From the UHGV virus genome UHGV-0263263: a stretch of 35,981 nucleotides of DNA, one strand, 5' to 3'. The DNA comes from a virus. Shown here in pieces: positions 27,806 to 35,127 of this stretch. The notes beneath the pieces are model-generated. The model searched no databases and had not been told where the DNA came from. It saw only the letters and a program-made list of their open reading frames with translations. The translations under genes and the position numbers were made by a program. The stretch's first letter is position 1. Every line of letters begins with the position of its first letter.

Positions 27806-30696
27806 TGCCGGTATACGCCACCCCTGAAGAACTGAATAACGGATTCACTCCGGCGGGTAATGTCCTGGCTGCACCTACCGGATTTGATGTGCCTTTGCCT
27901 GAAGGTACCAACCCGGCACCTCAGCAGGATGAGCCGTCTGTGTGGGGCGCTGCATTTCGTCAGAATAACCTGCTTGGCGAAATGTTCCGCCCGGCCAAAC
28001 AGTTTGAGCCGGTAGAGGGTTATAACCCTTATGCGGATAAAACCGAGCTGCACGGGTACGAACAGTGGGGCTCGGCGTTTGCTGATTCCCGATCGCCGGA
28101 GGAGACCGCCTGGCTGAAACAACAGATTGACGACGAAAACGAGGACCGCAGGGTACTTTCCGAGGCGGGCGGCGAAGGTGTCCTTGCCAGCATTGCAGCC
28201 GGAGTGGTAGACCCTGTCACCGTAGCTTCCATGTTTATCCCCGGTGCGCAGGGCGGCGCGGTTGCCCGTATCGCGTCGCAGGCTGCAATCGGTGCAGCTG
28301 CAACAGCAGCGAGCGAGGTTGTCCTGAATAACCAGCAGATCACCCGCACATGGGGCGAAAGTGCTTCCCACGTGGCAGCCGGTGCGTTGATGAGCGGTGT
28401 ATTTGCAGCAGCCGGCGCAGCGCTGTCACCCTCTGTTCGCACTGCTGCCACGCGCGAAGTGGCTGATGCGCTCGATAATATGAGTATCACGTCAGCGACG
28501 GACACCGCTGCTGCATCGCTCCCCGAAGGAGGTAGCGTCGGCGCGGCGAGAATCAGTGAGGCAACGCTCGAGGATCTCACTCCGGCAGCTGGCGGTCCGG
28601 TCGGTAAACTGGCACGTAAGGCGGGCAGTTATCTGACGCCGTTTACCCGTCTTATGGAGTCACCGTCGAAAACCTCCCGCCGTACGGCGCTGGAGCTGGC
28701 GGAGAATAACTACACCCTGCAGGGTAATGCCCGGGGTATCGAGACGCCCGTCGCGGCAGAAACCCGCGTGCGCGGGTGGCGTCGTGAAGAGGCTGCCGTC
28801 GTGGTGACGAACAAACAGGCCTACAGCCAGTACAAAGCGGCTGGCGGTGACCTGAGCTTTTCACAGTTCCGTGAGGAAGTTGGCAACGCCATGCGCAGCG
28901 GCGATGTGCATGCTAATCCGGTGGTGCAGGAAGCGGCACAGGCAATGCGCACCGTGGTTAACCGGGTGAAAGTGGCGCAGCAAAAGCTTGGCCTGTTGCC
29001 GCCTGACGAGGAACTGAAAGCCATCGGTCAGGAGAGTTATTTCCCGCGCGTGTACAAAGTCGGCAAGATCGTTAACGAGCGCGATAAATTCCGCGACATG
29101 CTGGTCGACTGGTGGTCTCGCGGTGAGAAAACCATGTCTCGCGAAGAGGCTGAAATTACGGCTGATGCCACGATCAATAAAATTGTCGGCGCAAAAATAC
29201 CGCAGGATTTTGCGAACGTCTTTATGGTGAAAGCGGCTGGCAGCACCCGGTCGCGTACGCTCAGCGTTCCCGATCGCCTGATGAAAGATTATCTGGAGAG
29301 CGACGCCAATTATGTGCTGCAGCGTCATATCCGCGAGGCGTCAGCAGAGGTTGAGCTGACGCGCGCATTCGGTAATAAATCGCTGGAAAAGCAGCTCAAG
29401 GATATTCAGGATGAATACGATGCGCTGATGCGCCAGAACCCCAAAGACCAGGCGAAGCTGGCGAAAGCCCGCGATAACGATATTCGCGACATCACAGCGC
29501 TGCGCGACCGCCTGGCGGGTACCTACGGCATGCCGGACGATCCATCATCATTTTTCGTACGCGCCGGTGCGTTCCTTCGCAGCGCTAACTTTGTCACCAA
29601 GCTGGGCGGTATGACCGTTTCCGCTATTCCTGATCTCGCGCGTGGTGTGATGGTTAACGGGTTTGGCAATACCATGCGCGGTTACTCTGCGCTGATAACC
29701 CGGTCGCCGGCATTCAAGGCTAGTCGCGCCGAACAGTTAAAAATGGCCGTCGGGCTGGAGACCATACTCCATACCCGTGCGCGTACGATGGGGGACCTGG
29801 TGGACAGTTCCGCACGAACCACGGCGGTAGAAGCGGGTATGGAGCGCGTCACCGATGCGTTCGGCAAGCTCACGCTGATGGGCCACTTCGACGATATGAA
29901 CAAATCTGTAAACGGCATGATCACCTCCGACGGCATTTTGTCCGGCGCGTTCACTGGCCGCCGCCTTGCCAAGCTCGGCATTAACGACAATATGGCCGCG
30001 CGTATCCGCAGCGAATTCGAAAAGCACGGCGAGGTAATCAATGGCTGGCATATCGGCAATTTTGAAAAATGGGACGATCAGCATGTGGCTGGTGTCTTCC
30101 AGTCGGCGGTGCTCAAAGACGTTAACAATACCGTTATCACACCGGGGATCGGCGATACACCACTGTGGGCCAGCACGCCGCTGGGTAAAACTATCTTCCA
30201 GTTTAAATCGTTCGCTACCGCGTCCTACAACCGTGCAACGCTGGGCGGCCTGCAGGAAGGAACCGGTCAGTTTTATTACGGTACCGCTTTCCAGATTGGC
30301 CTCGGCGCACTGACGTACGCGCTGAAACAGTCTGCAAACGGTAAAGAGGTTGACTGGTCGCCTCAGAAACTCGCCATTGAAGGTATCGACCGTTCCGGTA
30401 TTCTCGGCCCTCTGATGGAATATAACAACATGGCAGAAAAAGCCTCCGGTGGTATGGTGGGGTTGGGTGCACTGCTAGGTACCGGAACACAGTCACGTTA
30501 TGCCAGCCGTGGTTTTATCGGCTCTGCGCTTGGGCCAACGTTCGGCCTGCTCGATACCGTTACCGATGTGACCGCTGGCGTGCTCAACGGTGATGCTGGC
30601 GATCGGGTACTGCATAACGTGCGTACGCTGCTGCCGGGTAATAATCTTTTCTGGATAGCACCGCTGATAAATCAGGTTGATCCCGGTATGAAATAA
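27805..30696 (+). CDS. Internal virion core protein (T7 gp15/gp16-like large ejection protein)
   Basis: 963 aa. ATG overlaps the upstream stop (TAATG). Synteny. Confidence 0.6.
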   Translation: MPVYATPEELNNGFTPAGNVLAAPTGFDVPLPEGTNPAPQQDEPSVWGAAFRQNNLLGEMFRPAKQFEPVEGYNPYADKTELHGYEQWGSAFADSRSPEETAWLKQQIDDENEDRRVLSEAGGEGVLASIAAGVVDPVTVASMFIPGAQGGAVARIASQAAIGAAATAASEVVLNNQQITRTWGESASHVAAGALMSGVFAAAGAALSPSVRTAATREVADALDNMSITSATDTAAASLPEGGSVGAARISEATLEDLTPAAGGPVGKLARKAGSYLTPFTRLMESPSKTSRRTALELAENNYTLQGNARGIETPVAAETRVRGWRREEAAVVVTNKQAYSQYKAAGGDLSFSQFREEVGNAMRSGDVHANPVVQEAAQAMRTVVNRVKVAQQKLGLLPPDEELKAIGQESYFPRVYKVGKIVNERDKFRDMLVDWWSRGEKTMSREEAEITADATINKIVGAKIPQDFANVFMVKAAGSTRSRTLSVPDRLMKDYLESDANYVLQRHIREASAEVELTRAFGNKSLEKQLKDIQDEYDALMRQNPKDQAKLAKARDNDIRDITALRDRLAGTYGMPDDPSSFFVRAGAFLRSANFVTKLGGMTVSAIPDLARGVMVNGFGNTMRGYSALITRSPAFKASRAEQLKMAVGLETILHTRARTMGDLVDSSARTTAVEAGMERVTDAFGKLTLMGHFDDMNKSVNGMITSDGILSGAFTGRRLAKLGINDNMAARIRSEFEKHGEVINGWHIGNFEKWDDQHVAGVFQSAVLKDVNNTVITPGIGDTPLWASTPLGKTIFQFKSFATASYNRATLGGLQEGTGQFYYGTAFQIGLGALTYALKQSANGKEVDWSPQKLAIEGIDRSGILGPLMEYNNMAEKASGGMVGLGALLGTGTQSRYASRGFIGSALGPTFGLLDTVTDVTAGVLNGDAGDRVLHNVRTLLPGNNLFWIAPLINQVDPGMK

Positions 30697-30733
30697 GTAG
30701 CAATATCCGGTAAAACAAAACACGGTGATAAAA

Positions 30734-31054
30734 ATGCGCAAACTTTCTTTTATGTTAACTGGGTTTATTCTGGCCTACTCAACTGTCGCGAGTGCTACGG
30801 TATTTGGTGGCTCGAATCTAGGCTTTAGTGGTTATCCTGAGTTTTCGGATTCGGAGCCGACACCTCCTTATGATCGCAATGAATATTCAATGCAAGCGTA
30901 TAAAAGTGAGGTTGAAAGGTATATCCAAAATGCGAAGGATTATACCGAAAACGCTGGTAACGATATGAAACGTATTCAGGAATCCCAGGACGATGCGATT
31001 CAAAAAGCAAACCGCGTTGTAGAGGAATATAACCAAACAGCAAGGGGGTATTAA
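30734..31054 (+). CDS. AT-rich moron: secreted/periplasmic small protein with Sec signal peptide
   Basis: MRKLSFMLTGFILAYSTVASA|TV signal peptide. Lower GC than its neighbours. Inserted between the core-protein and terminase genes. Confidence 0.55.
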   Translation: MRKLSFMLTGFILAYSTVASATVFGGSNLGFSGYPEFSDSEPTPPYDRNEYSMQAYKSEVERYIQNAKDYTENAGNDMKRIQESQDDAIQKANRVVEEYNQTARGY

Positions 31055-31056
31055 TC

Positions 31057-31072
31057 GGTCGGGATTCCGACC
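31057..31072 (+). promoter_or_regulatory. Late-element copy 4, 46 bp upstream of the terminase small subunit gene
   Basis: Exact 16-mer starting 3 nt after the moron stop codon. Confidence 0.6.
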
Positions 31073-31118
31073 TTAAACCCACGCCATCATAGCCCTGTAT
31101 TCACTACGGGGCTTTTTT

Positions 31119-31460
31119 ATGCATCAGGATTACAAAACACGCCTTACCGCACTGAGTGATAAACTCACCGATGTGGTGCTCGAAGAAGCCGATCCGGAAA
31201 ACTGGCCGGGGGCGGGAAAGAAACCGAGCGAACTGACCAAGGATGAACGTGGCGATCGCTACTGGGATAAGAAGAACGCAGCCGCATCCCTGACGCTGCT
31301 GATTAAGGTTCACTCCCTGATTGGCATGCAAACGCGCGGCGGTACGCCATCCGATAATCCCGGTCAGGATGATGAAGCCTTTGCGCTGGGCAAGCAGGTT
31401 TCAAAAGCTGAGCGAGAGGCGGCCGCCATTATTGAGCGCCTGCAGAAAGGGAAAAAATGA
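31119..31460 (+). CDS. Terminase small subunit (candidate)
   Basis: 113 aa, charged. Directly upstream of, and overlapping, the large terminase gene. No SD; preceded by a hairpin plus T6. Confidence 0.45.
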   Translation: MHQDYKTRLTALSDKLTDVVLEEADPENWPGAGKKPSELTKDERGDRYWDKKNAAASLTLLIKVHSLIGMQTRGGTPSDNPGQDDEAFALGKQVSKAEREAAAIIERLQKGKK

Positions 31461-33067
31461 TTTCGTTCCTCGCCTTCTTCTTAATGTGGGCGGAGCGAAT
31501 GAACTGGGACGTTCCGGACTGCCACTATCAGGCCTGCCACTGGCTGGAGCATCGCGGAAATCTCGCGGTGCTTCGCTGTTTCCGTGGTTTCGGTAAATCA
31601 ACGATCCTCGCTGTCTATAACGCCTGGCGGTATTACTGTGATCGCCAGTACCGCATTCTGCATCAGTCTGAATCAGACGGAACCGCGTATAAAACCAGCC
31701 GTGACACTCAGAACGTCCTGCGTAACCATCCGCTGACCAAAGGCATGCTTCCTGACGGGCAGGGAACCGTTGAGCAATGGTGGGTTAATGGTGCGCTGGA
31801 TTTACGTAACGGCAGCATGTACGCAAAAGGCATCCTGTCTAACGTAACCTCAGCGCGCGCCAACGAATGCCAGAACGACGACGTAGAGGTACCACGTAAT
31901 ATCCAGACTCCGGAGGCACGCGAAAAGCTGCGCTATCGCCTGGGAGAGCAAACCCACATCCTGATCCCCGGCGGACGCAAACTTTATATCGGTACACCGC
32001 ACACGCATGACAGCCTTTATGATGAGGTGGAGTCTATGGGCGCCGACTGTCTTACCATCCGGTTATTTGATAAAGAAAAGCGCATTGAAGCGAAAGAGGC
32101 CTCGCAGCTGCGCTACGCAGTGCCTTTTCGCCCGGATTATGTTTTTGCTGGCATCCACAAGGCGGCGCGGCTGTTGGTCGAAAACGTGGATTATAAGCTG
32201 ACCGCCGACGGCGTTGAGTTTGCGGACGCACCGGACACGGTTATCGATTTTTATGCAGACTGCGCCTGGCCTGAACGGTTCACCCGTGAAGAAATGGAGA
32301 ACCGCCGTAAAGAAACCCGCACGATTAACGAGTGGGATAGCCAGTATCAGCTGCACAGTAAACCCGTCGGAGACGTTCGCCTCGACCCTGACCGCATCCG
32401 GGAATACAACATTCATCCACAAATTCGCTATGCGAACCGTACGGCTTCGCTGTGGCTGGGTAACGTGCAAATCGTTGGTGCTGTTGCCTGGTGGGACGTG
32501 GCCACTGGCAAGGTTAAAGCTGACGCCTCTGCATTCTCTCTGATGCTTACGGATGCCAGGGGGCATTTGTACTGGCATATCTGCCAGGAGCTTACCGGGG
32601 AGCTGGCAGAGTTCGACGATAACGACAAAATCGCCGGCGGGCAGGTAGCGCAGATCAGAGAGCTGGTGCTCAAATATCAGATCCCCGTGGTTTGTGTCGA
32701 AGTAAACGGCCCGGGCAGCTTCGCGGGTAAATTACTGCGTCAGGCGCTCAAGGGGACGGGCTGCGGCGTCCGGGAAGAGTTCAGTATCACCAACAAGCAG
32801 AAACGCATCCTCGATGCGTTTGAAGCGCCGCTGTCCTCGCGGTTCCTGTGGGCTCACACCGACGTGCTCGACGGTCCTGTCTATGACCAGATGCGCGACT
32901 TTAACCCCGCACTGACCAACCAGACAGACGACTTTATCGACTCCGGCGCGGGAGCAATAAGTCAGACCCCAGTACGCATCGGGAAAGTGGTCGGGATTCC
33001 GACCGGACATACGCGCGAAGATTGGCAGTTAAGTGACGGAGATCATCTGGTCGACGTCGATTACTAA
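31457..33067 (+). CDS. Terminase large subunit (T7 gp19-like)
   Basis: 536 aa. Walker A-like FRGFGKST. C-terminal nuclease-like acidic residues. Synteny. Confidence 0.8.
   Translation: MISFLAFFLMWAERMNWDVPDCHYQACHWLEHRGNLAVLRCFRGFGKSTILAVYNAWRYYCDRQYRILHQSESDGTAYKTSRDTQNVLRNHPLTKGMLPDGQGTVEQWWVNGALDLRNGSMYAKGILSNVTSARANECQNDDVEVPRNIQTPEAREKLRYRLGEQTHILIPGGRKLYIGTPHTHDSLYDEVESMGADCLTIRLFDKEKRIEAKEASQLRYAVPFRPDYVFAGIHKAARLLVENVDYKLTADGVEFADAPDTVIDFYADCAWPERFTREEMENRRKETRTINEWDSQYQLHSKPVGDVRLDPDRIREYNIHPQIRYANRTASLWLGNVQIVGAVAWWDVATGKVKADASAFSLMLTDARGHLYWHICQELTGELAEFDDNDKIAGGQVAQIRELVLKYQIPVVCVEVNGPGSFAGKLLRQALKGTGCGVREEFSITNKQKRILDAFEAPLSSRFLWAHTDVLDGPVYDQMRDFNPALTNQTDDFIDSGAGAISQTPVRIGKVVGIPTGHTREDWQLSDGDHLVDVDY
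32989..33004 (+). promoter_or_regulatory. Late-element copy 5, inside the terL 3' end, 84 bp upstream of the tailspike gene
   Basis: Exact 16-mer. Encodes VVGIPTG within TerL. Confidence 0.5.
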
Positions 33068-33087
33068 CTTGCCAGAGGTTTCGCATC

Positions 33088-34782
33088 ATGTCGGTACCGA
33101 ACCAGACTCCATATATAATTTATAACGCCAACGGCCTGACCACCGTTTTTCCCTTCGAGTTCTATATCATCAACTCCGGTGATATTCAGGTCACAATTAA
33201 CGGCACCGTTATTACTAGCGGGTACACGGTGTCCGGGGTAGGGAATATCGGCGGCGGGGATGTGATTTTTATCACCCCGCCAGCCAGCGGATCGGTTGTG
33301 ATGCTGGAGAGGGTAGTGCCAATGTACAGGCTGACCGATTATCAGGATAACGGTGACCTCCTGGCCGACACGGTTAATAAGGATTTTGACCGCCTCTGGA
33401 TGGCGATACAGCGTTACGGTATACATCTCGGTCTGGCACTTCGCCGCCCGCTGTTCGGTGGTCCCTTTGATGCAGAGGGTTATCGTATTGAGAAACTGGC
33501 AGATCCGGTAAATGCGCAGGACGCAGTGACTAAAAAGTATTTAGAAAGCGTATCGTTAGCCCGGGTGCTTCGCGTTCCAGAGGCATCAGTTGGGTTAGTA
33601 CCTTCGCTGGATCTGCGTCGCAATAAACTGCTGGCATTCAATAATTCAGGTGACCCTATTCCGGTGTTGCCAGAATCAGGGTCTGCCTCTGATGTGATGA
33701 TAGAACTGGCGAAGCCCACAGGATCTTCACATATCGGATATCAGTATCCTGCGGATGGCAGTGTGCCAAGAACGGTAGAAGATAAACTTGGAGATTTCGT
33801 TAGTGTGCTGGACTTTGGCGCAAAAGGCGATGGCGTAACAGATGACTCTATAGCCTTTCGAGATGCCATTGCTACTGGAAAAACGGTGTATGTCCCTGAT
33901 ACATCAGGTAACAACTTGGGGTGTGTTTATAAAGTAAGCGGTATTGATGTAACAACTATTAAACTTGTTGGAGAGTCTCAGCGCGTCGAAATACAACCAG
34001 TATCAACGGCAACACGAATATTAAACTTAAAAGGTACATCCCCAGCATCACCGGCAAGAGGATGTTTTATACGAAATATTACGTTTTCTTCCCCAGCAAC
34101 TTCTGAAGGTCTCTTTCATGATGCTGTGCTTTTGGAGAACACAAACCAGTGCGACGTATCAAACGTCACTCTATACCTAGTTCAGTTGACAGTGCTCGGG
34201 CATAATTACCTACGGCTTGATAAAATTAATGGTATAGGAGCGAGGTTATCTGTTTCAAGGCACAGCGGAGATAGCATTGACAATGCAGTAGGGTTATTAC
34301 TTAAAGACTCGTTTTTAGCCTACAACAGCGAAGTTGACATAAGGAATAGTACAGACACAAGAATAGTTGATACATATATCGCAAACAGCAAAAGTGACGG
34401 TAGAACAGGACTAAATCACGATTATGACGCTGAGTTTTTGCCAGGAGGTTCAGTATTCTTTGGCGGTGTCTTGATGATTACAAACGTAATTTGCGAATGC
34501 GTGTGCGTAATCAAATATACAGCACTATCTAAGTTTACAGGATTCTGGGCTGGCGCCTTTTATGGTAACGGACTGACGTTACTTAACTCATACGGCTTAC
34601 TTGCAACAAACTGTACTTTTCACTACAGCACAGGCGCGGGTGTTTATGCCAGAAATCTTACAGATTGCACATTTGTTTCAAGCAGTTTTACCAACTCAGA
34701 GGGCGGAGGGTTTGATCTTGATGAATCAGTAAGAACAACATTTGTAGCTTGCACCTTCAGCAAATTTGAACTTTACGAATAA
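33088..34782 (+). CDS. Tailspike/tail fibre: T7 gp17-like N-terminal tail-attachment domain plus right-handed beta-helix (pectate-lyase-like) receptor-binding/depolymerase domain
   Basis: N-terminal ~200 aa resemble the conserved gp17 adaptor domain. VLDFGAKGDGVTDDS motif. Repeated x-C-T-F beta-helix rungs. GC drops sharply after about nt 33720. Ends at a TAA that is in frame with the next ORF. Confidence 0.8.
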   Translation: MSVPNQTPYIIYNANGLTTVFPFEFYIINSGDIQVTINGTVITSGYTVSGVGNIGGGDVIFITPPASGSVVMLERVVPMYRLTDYQDNGDLLADTVNKDFDRLWMAIQRYGIHLGLALRRPLFGGPFDAEGYRIEKLADPVNAQDAVTKKYLESVSLARVLRVPEASVGLVPSLDLRRNKLLAFNNSGDPIPVLPESGSASDVMIELAKPTGSSHIGYQYPADGSVPRTVEDKLGDFVSVLDFGAKGDGVTDDSIAFRDAIATGKTVYVPDTSGNNLGCVYKVSGIDVTTIKLVGESQRVEIQPVSTATRILNLKGTSPASPARGCFIRNITFSSPATSEGLFHDAVLLENTNQCDVSNVTLYLVQLTVLGHNYLRLDKINGIGARLSVSRHSGDSIDNAVGLLLKDSFLAYNSEVDIRNSTDTRIVDTYIANSKSDGRTGLNHDYDAEFLPGGSVFFGGVLMITNVICECVCVIKYTALSKFTGFWAGAFYGNGLTLLNSYGLLATNCTFHYSTGAGVYARNLTDCTFVSSSFTNSEGGGFDLDESVRTTFVACTFSKFELYE

Positions 34783-34794
34783 AGGAGTTTTAGG

Positions 34795-35094
34795 ATGGCA
34801 TCGTTAAATCAAGCATATGGACTGAACTGCGGGAGTAATAGCAGCCATACTAAGATCATAGGGTGTAACTTTACAGGTAATACCAGCGATAAAAACATAA
34901 TTGGGGTAGGAAGTTACAAAACATGGTTCTGCACCGGGGTTCCTGACACATTGCTGTCAAATTATGGTAGCACCGCAGAAAGACCATCTAGCCCACCACC
35001 AGGATTTGAATTCTTTGACACTCAAATTGGATTGCCTATATTTTGGAATCCAGTTACTAACCATTGGATAAGGGCGGACGGAGTTGATGTATAA
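34795..35094 (+). CDS. C-terminal tailspike segment or separate small tail protein (same frame as the tailspike, separated by a single TAA)
   Basis: Own AAGGAG SD. Continues the beta-helix-like rungs (IIGCNFTGNTSDKNIIGVG). Low GC. Confidence 0.5.
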   Translation: MASLNQAYGLNCGSNSSHTKIIGCNFTGNTSDKNIIGVGSYKTWFCTGVPDTLLSNYGSTAERPSSPPPGFEFFDTQIGLPIFWNPVTNHWIRADGVDV

Positions 35095-35097
35095 GCA

Positions 35098-35119
35098 AAT
35101 GGCGGCATTTGCCGCCATT
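35098..35119. terminator. Hairpin between the convergent tailspike and gtrC genes (possible bidirectional terminator)
   Basis: AATGGCGGC-attt-GCCGCCATT in an AT-rich context. No clean U-tract. Confidence 0.4.
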
Positions 35120-35127
35120 AAATATCA

